Shown here piece by piece: positions 25,564 through 38,600 of a stretch of 64,000 nt of DNA. The position numbers and the translations under genes are program-made. The stretch is from NCBI RefSeq assembly GCF_037042905.1, contig NC_087251.1:18230001-18294000 (forward strand). Reading direction: 5' to 3'. This DNA is from Lytechinus pictus (taxonomy: Eukaryota). The notes beneath the pieces were generated by a model. It saw nothing but the letters and a program-made list of their open reading frames with translations. It had not been told where the DNA came from and searched no databases. Each line of letters starts with the position of its first letter. Position 1 is the first letter of the stretch.

Positions 25564-28500
25564 ATGTTTCTACTAATCTGAGATTTTTGTCTCTATATCA
25601 GCGTCAAGGGAAAATTTGGGGAGTGTGGTAGGGCATTCATTAGACCTACATATCATAGGAGTAGATATGGAACACTTTCTTTCCAATGGGAATGGCATTT
25701 CAGTGCAGAAATTGTATCAAAGATTCCATCCAACTGTGAATCATCTAGTAAGAGTTGTGGGCTCCTCTTGTTCAAAGACTTGAGGTCCTAATCCACGGAA
25801 TTTAAAAATTCATAAACGATTTCGATAGTTGATTGAGATTGCCAAAATTGATTGGCAAACACACAAGGAAGAAAAAGAACAGATACCAGAAACATTGAAT
25901 TGATGGATTCTTATCCATACAATATTCATTTGTGAGCAAGAATTCTTTATAAAGAACCATGCAAATTTCTGATTGACGAAAATCACTGTTACTGAATGAT
26001 ATTAAAAAATTTGAAAACCATTGTGTGAATGAGGAGTTGTTCTTTATTTACAGATATAGAGATATTCTTATAGTAATCACATTTCCCAATATTAATGAGT
26101 AATAGTAATATTCTTACATACGGTTAATATGTTTAGATAAAATAAAGATTGAATTCCGATACGAATGACAGAAAATATGATGCTGTACGAGAATGGAGAT
26201 TTGCAAGTTTGTGTAGAAATACAAACTCTCTTGTCGTGTGACTGTGAGTGATAGAACATAACACTTGTATGTCTCCATGTATACATGAAATATTCAAAGG
26301 AGGTATCAATTAATCATCCTCAATTTTTGTGATTAATGAGAGATGAGCAATCTACAGCATGTTGTAATGCTATTCTTGCCAGATATCAACTTCAAAATTC
26401 ATTGTATTACGCGCATTGTATTCATGAATGCCCAATCACAATATCTTTCTTACATCAAAGTAGAAATATTTGGAAACAAAAAATTATGTGTTATCGTAAG
26501 CCTGTTAAATGATACACAATCAGAAATGAAAAATACCCTAAAATGGCAAATAAAGTGCCCCATCATAGCTGTGCAGATTAATGTGTTTTTTTATGTAAAA
26601 CTGCATTCAATGTGAGAATGTTTCAATTTGAAATAAACATACTGATAAATCCCGACCTACATGTAAATGTCTATTTTCCCATTATAAATATTTTTTTTCT
26701 CCATTCATTAGTTTGATGAATTGAGCCAGATAATTCCATGACTATATTTTGCTTTTAAAAGTGGAATTCAGAAAAGGGAGAAAAAAAGTTAGGAAACAAG
26801 GTTGGTCCTTAATTGTACCAGTCAAATTACTGAGTGTGTAATGTGAATTGCTTTCAGGTGCTAGCTTTGATTTAGTTTGTACATATCAACTGCAATAAAG
26901 AAAGAGGGAATGAATTTCTAATGTGTATTTCTTATGTTTAAAGAATTAAGTAAAAAATGAGTCTTGTATATATTTCTCAAATGATTGCCAATATGGGGAG
27001 GAGACATTTCCTAGATGTACAAATATAGCAGTATAATTGTAAGATATAAATGAATGTGCATGCTGTTAAGAGATCTAAGAGACACAGAATTAATTGATAT
27101 ATTTGTGCATGTTATCCCATCCTATTCATTTGCATGAAATATTTCCTGTTATGTTGCATGTGTCTCTCATGGATCTGCCATATATTTCCATGTTTGATAA
27201 ATATTTCTATGAAATTAATTTGAAATGGATTAGAGGGCATATTGATGCCAACAAGCTATCTCATTGAGTTGCCTTTCTTTTTTTTTGTAATGTGGAGGAA
27301 AGAAATATTATGCACATCTCTCAATAAGGACAATCATATATCGTTTAATACCAGTGAGAAAACTTAGGGTCTTCCAGACGTATTAGGTAGCCATGATAAA
27401 GTGTGTAATACTTGAATGATATTAAAGCCATGTAGGGTTGAGCCCTTCGTGTTAACTTTTCTTTATGATTACTTTCAGATATATAAAGCTGCAATGTTTA
27501 TTATTTGTTAATATGTATCATTCTAGATTTTTATTTATCATGTATATTTTATGAGAGTTTATGTATATCTTTGAACCTCTTTTTTCTTTTCTTGTTTGGC
27601 AATTGGTTATAAAAATAAGAACTGCCTTGAATCTATATTGATATAGTTCCCATCTTGATAGAAGCTGGAAAAAGAATGTTCTTGATTGTCAGGAGATATA
27701 TAAACATGATCTATCACGTGTGTTATGCTAGAATAATCCCGCCCCCTGCAAAAGACATTTGCATTGAGTCACCTTTTATCTCAAGTTTTTTGGAAAATCA
27801 TTTTTGGGGATGTGTTGTATGACTCGATTGGCTAGTCACTGTATTAATGTGATGGTCAGATTTTATCTCAACATTGAAGCAACGATGTTAGCGATGAAGG
27901 TAGTGTTTTAGATATAACATTGCAGTCCTGTTTTTTGCTCTCCTGGGATAGTTCTATGAATCTGTTTTAAGTTACATGTGCCTTTAGGTGCGACTGGTGA
28001 CCATTTCTTTTGCTTAGATGAGATACCCCAAATATTCTGCTTTAACGTAAATGGGAGTGAATTTTCTTTAACTCTATTCAGACTTTGACGAATAAACAAA
28101 TTACACTGGTAGGCCTGTTGACAAGAATTATTAATATGAAATGAGTGGATTTCATATTTAGCTGAGTGGTATACAAGTTAATGAGAGACTGATTTAGCAC
28201 AAGAAAGGGTCACTAGTCATGCGTAACTTAGAGCAGCTATACAAATCATAAGCCTGAACATAATATAACTTTTTCAAGAACTAAGGTTTTGTTGCCAAAT
28301 AAACAAGTAATGTTTTTCTCTCAACTTGTATTCCATAAGTGGGGATTCCCATTTTTTTTTCATTCTTCAGCTCATTTAGCAGTAGGCCTATAGATGATTT
28401 GTAAAAATTTACGCAATTCACCTTTAATGATAACCTTTCAGGCTGCCATATCTGTACCCAGTGCCTTTATTAATGTGCATTATGTGTCGTGTGCTCATTG

Positions 28501-30462
28501 AGATATTTGTAAGATATGTACTTTTCCTTTGAAATATCCCAAGCTGTCATTAAAAAAAATAAAAAAATCCAGTGTTAGAATACGAAGCACAACACTGTTG
28601 CACTCCCGAGGATGGTACATGTAGAGAAGAATAGCCCTTGAAAAGACATTGCTGCTGTTGTATTTAAAATGTTCCATTGAACATCTTGTCCTATGCAGTG
28701 AAAACTGCATTTTTCCCTTTTCAAAGCAGACAATGTGCTTATTCCAGAAGCCCGCTCATGCATATAAATGTAACATATAAATACGTTGGGATATGAAACC
28801 CCCCATCCCCGGACTCGAATAACCCTGTAAGTGATTTATGTTCTTTTGACAAATCATACCATGTACATGATACCAGATACGGTACTCAATGTATGAAGCA
28901 TGATTTCCTCTGTCATCTTCATTTTTTTTAAGTTATCATTTAATGTCTACTTTTCATATCTTATTTGACAACTCCCTCAACTGCATATTAAATGCAAATA
29001 AAAAATACATGCAAACTGAATTGAATGCTTTTCATTGATGTTTTATTTTTTGTTGTTGCTCGAGTACTGTTGTTTATTGATGAAAATGCAATTGATTCAA
29101 ATATATACTTCATATCTAATTGAAACAATAAAAATTCACTTAATCTTTTCTCTATCTTGTACATAGTCATTAAAAGATCCAATCATAAATGAACAGTCAA
29201 TATTACTGTAAATATACATTCACTTGCAATGTTAATCTGAAAAATACGATCTTTGACCCATTATCTGCAATTCAGAACAGATAGCATAAAATATACTTTT
29301 CATTTCTAGTTCATATTTTAATACATTTTTTATTTCATAGGCACTTCACAATTTATCAGAAAATTTTATTATTTTTTGGTTGTAACAGAATGATATTCAT
29401 TCAATGAAATTAAGGACACTCCAATTCTTATCACTTAATGTCATCTGGGCCCTATTACACAAGAAATACAATCAATCATAGAGTTAACCTTTAATAGTGG
29501 TGTGTTCTGCTCTTCACTGGCATACAGAAGCAAAAGATAGCAAGTTACAAAAGTGACATTTGCAGTAAGAGATGAAACCACATTGTCTTGCGGAACACAT
29601 CTCTTGGCAGGGTGATACAAATTAAAATTTGGCCTGGTGGGTGTTTCAAAAAGGTGGTTGTCATTTACGAGCGACTTAACAAATGACTGGTGACCCTTTA
29701 CTAGGAGATAAATAAAAACCAATGACAATCAGAAAGGGTCACCAGTTGTTCATAAAGTTGCTCATACCTTATGAATAGCTTAATGAAACTGCCTGGTAGA
29801 GCATACTACGTGAAATGCATTTTTACCAAAAACCTCAATTTTGGTTATTATGTTACTTGCTTCCTTGTGCCATTGATGGGCAGTTCTATGTAAATAAATA
29901 TTTGATGCCAAGGGCTGATAACCCTGTACATGTAAGACCATTTGAGTGGTCCACAGTGGGGGTAAGAGTAGGCAAAAGGAAAGAAATAAGATATTTTGTA
30001 GCTGTACAGTGAAAATGCAGGATAAATACAAATTCATTCCAGAATGTAGTTTTGTTTAGACCTGCATAAAATTTTTCTTTATAATGGACTTAGAAGTCCA
30101 TTAATAGCAAATACATGTATTTAAGATTATGTATTCATAAGAAATGACAAATGCTATATGCGGTAATGTTCAAGAAAAATAAAAGTTGTTTGAATTGCAC
30201 AATGCCAAATGAAAATATATAACCTTTTCTACTTATTGAATATTCATCCCACTGTGAATAGTGGTTTTGATAGTGAATGATGAGTTTGAAAATGATAATA
30301 GTATTTCAATTCACATAAACCGTCATTGCAAAATAGACATTCATTAATATTGTTTTTACTTTGTACTATGAAGGGGTTTTTAAACAAGTCTTTTGGCAGA
30401 TCTGTCCCATCATACATCGCTGCATTGAATTGCTATTTATTTTTCATTCAATTTAGATTTAA

Positions 30463-31010
30463 AGGGGTACTCCAGGCTGAAAATTATTATTTGAACAGAA
30501 AAAGATAAATAAGTCAAACAAACACTCAAAGTATTAAAATCAGACAAGGAATAACAAAGTTATGGCACTTTAAATATTTGCATTATTCCGGTAAAACAGT
30601 TTTAGGCAATGTTTTCATGAATATTCAATGAGCAAACTGATGATGTCATATCCCGACTTGTTCTTTTGTATTTTATTACATGAAATAAGGTTTATTCATT
30701 TTTTTCCTTCAAGAACTAATAAATTGGAATGACAACTGATTTAGTGCATTTTTAGATATTCATTGCTGCAACTTATTTCATTACAAGGGAGACATATCAT
30801 TCACACATGTATGAAAAATGAAAATTATGATTTCATGTAACAAAATAAGGAAAAGGAAAGTGGGGATGTGACATTAGCCAACCTATGACGATGCGCATAT
30901 AACTGTTTTCGCAATATATTGCTAAACTTTAAAATTCAATAACTTCGCTATTATCAGATTTCAACGAATTGTTTTATTTAGATATAAAATATTCAGCGCG
31001 GAGTACTCCT
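30463..31010. mobile_element. Kolobok-type MITE (same family as 10843-11844)
   Basis: Perfect TTAA TSDs (30459-30462 / 31011-31014); TIRs AGGGGTACTCC / GGAGTACTCCT; shares internal blocks such as GATGATGTCA.ATCCC and TTAGTGCATT. Confidence 0.8.
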
Positions 31011-31143
31011 TTAATCATTATATTAGAACATCAAAAAATAATTTGATATGAATTTACGTTGCAATAACACAGAAAGAAAATCAATATAACCAAAACTAAG
31101 TATATCATTAAATAAAAAAATGAAGTGCCCTATATTATACATC

Positions 31144-31368
31144 TAGTGGTACTAAAAAGTTAGTGAACCCCACCAGAAAATGAACAGATCTAAAAGTGTT
31201 CAAGTTCTGCCATCGTTTAGATATTTAACTGAAGTCAAGTGATACAATATTACATTCAATATAGTTTATTTCTCTGGACTCTCTGGTCATTGTAGCGTTG
31301 TTGTTTATACGTTCAACACTCAGCAAGAAGAAATGCACTTTCTGTTCACTAACTTTTTAGCACCACTG
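31144..31368. mobile_element. Short Tc1/mariner-type MITE
   Basis: About 25-bp TIRs AGTGGTACTAAAAAGTTAGTGAAC / GTTCACTAACTTTTTAGCACCACTG followed by TA. Confidence 0.65.
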
Positions 31369-32587
31369 TATATATATGACAATAACAATGACATAAAAAT
31401 TTAAAAAGCTTCTAACATTTGAAGCAGAAATCTGATCCCCCTACCAAAAAGCTATGATGTACATGTAGGTAGTTTTGAATGAAAATGCCCTTTAAAACTT
31501 ACATTATTACATACATGAAGCCATGAATGATTTATTAACCTAAATATTTAAGACTTTCTTATTTTGGATTATAAATTGTAAATCTTCTTGACTTAAAAAA
31601 AATAAATGATTAGCCTAAAATGATTTCAGAAATAGTTGTATTGTCAAGCAATAATAAAATATATAACATGCAAGGTTTTATTTTTTGGCAATTATAGAGT
31701 GTCCCAGTTTTGTAGGTGGTTGATCATATGACATCATTGTGGTTCAATAACTTTTGATCCAGTTTTAGGGAAAATCCTGCCAGGTGAATTAAATTTTGCA
31801 GTCTAGCGTGCTCATTAATTCAATGTGAGTAACTGGGTACCCACATTTATATTGTACTTACGTCACCTGTCTCACTAATTTCACTAATGTGGTTGAACAA
31901 GACTGATCAACAAATATTTCCTAAAAGGATAAATTAAAGAAAAAATGATATTTTCAATACAAATACTATTTAAATTCTATTTATATTATACTTTTTAAAA
32001 ACTATTGTGATATCATTTTACAGTACATGTAAAGGAAATTGCAAATTGCTACTAACCAAAAATGTTAGCACCAAGAAAATTGATGGAAAATGAACGAGGA
32101 ACAAAGTGATTTCAAAATATTTATGTATGCAAAATATTTAACTTACCAACTACCCCCCCCCCCCCACTGATGAAGATGATTTTTCTGAATACAAAATGAA
32201 TGGGATCTATGAAAATATATGTCCATAAGTGGTGAGATCCTAAAATGCAGTCCAGTCCAGCCAACTACAAGTTGTTTTAAATAAATAGAGCAAAATATTA
32301 TTTTCATGAAAATCAATATGTCCAAAAAAAAAACTCTTGGCAGAGTAACCCATTTAAAATGAAACAAAAGGCAAAGTGAGTGATAATGAGTGACATCATT
32401 GGCTCCCATATTTCCCATAAAGCCTGTGTGGTGCAAATATAATTTCATGAAATAGTAGAAATTTTAAAATGTTCCTAATAATAACATCAATACTTTTAGT
32501 CCTGCGCTTGTTCAACACTCATATTCATTAAAATAATCTTTTGTTAGATTGGCACTGGTCTTTAATGTACTCCCATAGTGGCATTCA

Positions 32588-32664
32588 TCAGCTGTATGAA
32601 TCTTCTTTCTCCCTTGCTTCTGTGCAAACTGCCCTCAACACATTCAAAGCATTCTCATCTTTTC
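32588..32664 (-). CDS. CDAN1: CDAN1 exon 22 (stop)
   Basis: cag acceptor after a T-rich tract; [28 protein letters not shown]. Confidence 0.72.
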
Positions 32665-35600
32665 CTGTTTATAAAAAAAAATAAAGAAAGAACACCAAAA
32701 TAACAATTCATTTCAGGATTTGTAAATATCATTATACAACATCAATGCAACATTGTTTATATAGTAAATCATGCATGTATATGATGAATAATATTTCCAA
32801 ACTACTATGTTGCACTCAAAGGCATATTGTTCTCACTTTAAATTTTACAGATTTTGTTCTTCTCATTTTTGTCTCGCCTGCATAGCAGAGCGAGACTATA
32901 GGCGCCGCTTTTCCGGCGGCGGCGGCGTCAACACCAAATCTTAACCCAAGGTTAAGTTTTTGAAATGACATCATAACTTAGAAAGTGTATGGACCTAGTT
33001 CATGAAACTTGGACATAAGGTTAATCAAGTATTATTGAACATCCTGCCTGAGTTTTAGGTCACATGACCAAGGTCAAAGGTCATTTAGGGTCAATGAACT
33101 TAGACCATGTTGGGAGAATTATTTTCAAAATCTTAACCGAAGGTTAAGATTTTGAAATGACATCATAACTTAGAAAGTGTATGGACCTAGTTCATGAAAC
33201 TTGGGCATAAGGTTAATCAAGTATTAGTGAACATCCTGCTCGAGTTTCAGGTCACGTGACCAAGGTCAAAGGTCATTTAGGGTCAATGAACTTTGGTCAA
33301 GTTGGGGGTATTTGTTGAATTACTATCATAACTTTGAAAATTTATGGATCTAGTTCATGAAAGTTGGACATAAGGTTAATCAAGTATGAGTGAACATCCT
33401 GCCCGAGTTTCAGGTCACATGACCAAGGTCAAAGGTCATTTAGGGTCAATGAACTTTGGCCAAGTTGGGGGTATTTGTTGAATTACCTTCATAACTTTGA
33501 AAATTTATGGATCTAGTTCATGAAACTTGGACATTAGGTTAATCAAGTACCACTAAATATCCTGTGCGAGTTTCAGGTCACATGACCATGGTCAATGGTC
33601 ATTTAAGGTCAATGAACTTTGGCCGTGTTGGGGGTATTTGTTAAATTACCATCCTAACTGAAAGTTTATGGATCTAGTTCATAAAACTTGGACATAAGAG
33701 TAATCAAGTATCACTGAATATCCTGTACGAGTTTCAGGTCACATGACCATGGTCAAAGGTCATTAAAGATCAATGAACTTTGGCCCTGTTGGGGGTATTT
33801 GTTGAATTACCATCCTAACTCTGAAAGTTTATGGATCTAGTTCATAAAACTTGGGATATAAGAGTAATCAAGTATCATTGAACATCCCCTGTGAGTTTCA
33901 GGTCACAAAACCAAGGTCAAAGGTCAGTTAAGGTAAATAAACTTAGGCCATGTTGGGGTAATTGCCATCATAACTTTGAAAGTTTATGGATAGAGTGAAT
34001 GAAATGTGGACATGGGTGTAGTTGACAAGTCTTAAGTCACCGTTCAAATGTCATTTATGGTCAATGAACGTGGTATTATGCCATTATATGAATGGTGTTT
34101 TTGTGAATGATTATTTTATAGTAGTTTTCAAAGTTAGCACTGCTGCTATATTAAATCGCGTAATGCAGGCAAGACTGCCAGAGGCGTTCCACTTGTTCAA
34201 ATTAATAATTGCATTAGAAAAACAAACAAACTGATAGTCCAATTATAGTTCTTCATCAATCTATCAGAGTCCCTCTTCATCAGTATTCTAATCATCTGTA
34301 CATTCCAAAAGAAATAGCAGCAAGTCTAGTGTATCATGTTGTTATGTAGTATTGTAAATGTTCTTGATTCAAAGAACCTTCTTGAATCAAGCATATTATC
34401 ACAATCTTACCAATTTCATCATCTCTAACCAGAGTTAATAGACTTCTTGCTAAATCCTCTGTGATTGGTGGAATGTATGATGACATCATCATCTTGCTCA
34501 AAGCCGATTGGACAGCCCCAATACTGACCAGATGGCACTCAAGAAGGGACTTGACAACACTGATTAGACAATGCCAGGATACCTATGAAAATTAAAATCC
34601 AAGATTAAATCAAATTAAGAAGCATAGAATATTGCTGATTTTTTTTCTAAAATCATGGTCAATTTAATAAAATAAAATGAGCATTTTACTTCCATTTCCA
34701 CATCAAATAAATACTTGGTCAACATTGGTTATTACAATGAGTACATTTTTTTTTTGGGGGGGGGTTCAGTATTTTGTATTTAAACTTAAACAGCTTTTTA
34801 GTAGCCTTAGGTGCCTTGACTAGTATGATCTCATATCAGAGAATGAATACAAAATGAAATAATAATGCAATTAACATTGATAAAATTTATTAAGCATCAG
34901 TATTCTATCTCCAGAGTCTTGAAGGTGTTAACCGCCATTAAGATGTTTACTGCCATTATTATCCTAAAGAATTGAAATTCAAACTTCTAACTGAAATTTA
35001 ACTGAATTGAATACTAATAGACAATCTATGCCTTGGTAATTACTATCTCACCCCTCCCTCTCCCCCACCCAGGCCCCCTCCCACTGAACTATCATCTTCA
35101 AATTCAAATGTAATTTAACTTTACCTAAAATGTATCAATCAAACTAACCTGTGGGTCATCATTACGTGATATCATCCAAGCTGTCCTAGCACTCAACATG
35201 GCTCCTAGTGAAATACTCAAAGAAAAATCATCCTTCCACAAACTCATCAGTCTTTCTAAAAGCGTATCAGACCGGTGTAAAGTCACATCTCTTTCCTTCT
35301 CTTCACCTTCATGTACATCTCCTTCACTTCGAACATTGTTACCAGTTCTTGTATGTCCATGAATGAGACTGGTGAAAACTCCTTCCTCCATACCCTGTTG
35401 TTCCTCCATATTGCACTTAATAACTTGCCCACTACCTCCAAGATGTGAGTGTGAACCACTCTCATTGTTATTGCACTGCTTCCCTACAACTACTCCTTGT
35501 GTGGAACAAACCAAGTCCTTGCATTGTTCTTTGACATTCTCTGTATCAATTATGTTGCTACTGCTACAGTTCTTGTCAATTGCACGACTGTCCATTGACT

Positions 35601-38600
35601 GAACACTAGAGCTTTCCCTTTGAGAGACCGTTTGCGAACTAAAGATCGAGGTCTGAAGAAGAGTTGGTTGTCTCATAGCCAAGCCTACACAAAGTTCTAC
35701 CGTGAGCTGATGGATAGCTTGGTATGCCAATGGGGTAAGATCCTGTACACGGGTAATCAACAACACACAATTATTAATTAATCTATTTACTTAATTAATA
35801 TTTAACTTTTACCTTGTTCACTGCTCAATTTGCAATTTCCGCAGACTTGCACAGACTCACAAGCATCCAAAACAATTGTGTCAATGCGTAAAAGCCAACA
35901 CTAAATATCTTATTCCCCCCCAACACTGAACATTGTCTCTATGCTAGCCAAGGTGACAGAAAACATTTGAATTCAACTGGTATTGCTTAACAGCTATCCA
36001 TGGGTACCTAGATATATACAGTATGTTTGAACTAAAAATATTTGTTACCTGTCTGTTGTTGATCATGAAGTGAACGTTACTCATGGATGAAGATATACTT
36101 TCAGCAGTGTAGCCATTAGTGTCTCCAATTAACACTTGATGTACACAGTCCTGAAACAGACAAAGAAAATAGGAAACAAGGTCACAGTTAAGTTCTTCAG
36201 GCAATCAAAACACAATACTACTATGTATATCAAATATAGCATAATATATTTTTTAAGTATCTAAACCAAATGAAATACAATGTAATGAGGTAAACAAGAT
36301 TGATACAATTTTGATTCATTGTATATAAATATCTGAAAGCATTATTGGAATAAATAATGAATCCTGTTGCATCCTGTATCAATAAAAACAAATACTTCAT
36401 GACAACACCAACACTAGAGGTTTGACAGAAGAATCACAAAATACAAGTCCTGACTCTGATCGTTCCATACTCTCATTTTCTCCATCTCCTACCTTGAGTT
36501 CTTGAATGACGGCTGAAGGACACGCCCCCTGTCTGTCATGGGTAGCTGGTTTGTCAGGTATCTTCCTATTGGTTGAGTCTTTCTTGGTTTGTTGAGTACT
36601 CTGAGCTCTAAGGCACTTGGGTAGCTGCAACATCACCTCCTGTTGTAAGGCACCTGGGATTCAAATGAACAGTCAACTCAATGATTACTGATTTTTGAAA
36701 TTCCCATTGGCTTAGTACAGAGACCATATGATTCCAGAATGCAATAGGTTAATCCTTGTTTTGACAAGGAGCAACAGAGCTCAGCAACATTTTTGTCAAA
36801 ATATTCAGACATGGAAAGACAAAAATTATCTTACCTGCATTATTAAATAAACAATATGCATATTTACCTTTACAAAAATATGTATGAAATTTTGTTTCAT
36901 AGAATTTTAATGTTCCATTGCATTTGTACATAGACGACATTTTGATAGAAAGGTATAACACAAATACGTAATGGATTACAAATCTTAATTTCAAATGGAA
37001 ATATGCTCAAAACCAAAGAAAGGTTTTTTAAATTATGTTGATTAAAATGAAAACAGATTAAATAAGTTAATAGGGCATTTCCATAAAATAATCAACCTTT
37101 TTGTACATCCGACATCCATTTTTCTCAAGATTTATTTCACTTCATAAACTGACTAAGTCATGGTCATATGAGAGCATTACAGACTGTCGAAAGAACCAGA
37201 AATCAGAGACAGAAAATTTCATGAACGTCCCACATTCAAGGGATCAGACGTCCATATTTTATGGAATTGCTAAATAGCTGAAATCCAAGAATAGCGAATG
37301 CTTACTTGGTATTTGTGTAGTAATCCATTTCTCTGTTCGTTCTAAGGCAAGTCTAGTGGTGATAGCACAAGCAGTATCCAATACTGATTCTGATGTATCA
37401 CAGGGTAGCAATACATCAAGAGCTGATCTACTTCGCTTCTTGATAAACCTAGAAATGCAATATGTGGTAAGTGGAAACAATAAAAATGTATATGCTAAAT
37501 ATCAATTGTAGTAATTTTATTTATATTTTTAGGTTGTTGATTTTGTTTTTTCTTGCTTTGTCCTAATCTTCTCTTTTCATACAATAATACACATTACATA
37601 GCACAGATAACATAATTAAAAAAAAAGTTGATCATCCTGATTATTTGGATTTTTTTAAATAATATCATGTTTTAATAAAGCATGTCATCACAAACATATT
37701 ATAATAATTTAGCTCTGTAATCACAAGTTGTTTCCATGAGTATGTATTCTTATCACAAATCCAGGAAGGTGGTTCAGTCATAGTCATATAATTTAATTAT
37801 TAATTAGTTTAGATTATAACATAAATGGGAGAAAACTCACTCTTTTGCTACTTTTTTGGCATTCTCTGCAATCTCCACACTCAGTTTCTCTCCAACGCCC
37901 TTAGCCTTGGCTGCCAAAGCCCCAGTCTCTTTCTTGCTACTGGATGAAACTAACATGTCAGTTAATAGGTTTGGGATCTGGAGCCTGGCTGAAGAGACTA
38001 GTGATCCATCAATATACTTGATGCAGTTGGAGGCCACACGCCCACTCACAAACTCAACGCTCTTCTTCAGGGAAGCAGAATGGATGTGGAAGAAATTCTT
38101 TTCAAGTTCAACCTAACCAAGAAACGTACAAGAAGAAATTGGTAAGGTATGGATGAGAAGATGTGTGACATGTGACAGATCATGCTTTGATACCTATCAA
38201 CCGGACAGAACAGTATATCCTACAGACAGCTTACAAAACTTCAAAAAAATAAGGATCTAGATATCTTGTAATTTATTAATTCAATTACTAGAATATAATT
38301 GATGTTTTTCTATTACAGGAAAAAATGGTGATCATATAATCTCATTATGATCAATACCCAAGTTAAACTAACCCCCACAAAACAGCAAGATCAAATGAAA
38401 CAGGCACCCTCCCCCCCTAAAAAAAAGAGTGATAGCAAGGCAATACAATGAAGATCTACCTGTATTTGGTGTTCAGTGATAATGGCTGTCTGTGGTACAT
38501 CCACTGTTATAGGAGTAATCTTCTTGACCGGGGCATTCCTATTATTCATTCCCATACTAGCTTCTGATAATAGTCCTCTCAAATCACCTACGAATATAGT

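Noticed and set aside
32960..34070. CRISPR-like or coding repeat array
   Set aside because: The units are contiguous 160-190-bp tandem repeats with no unique spacers and no cas genes; they sit inside a eukaryotic transposon.
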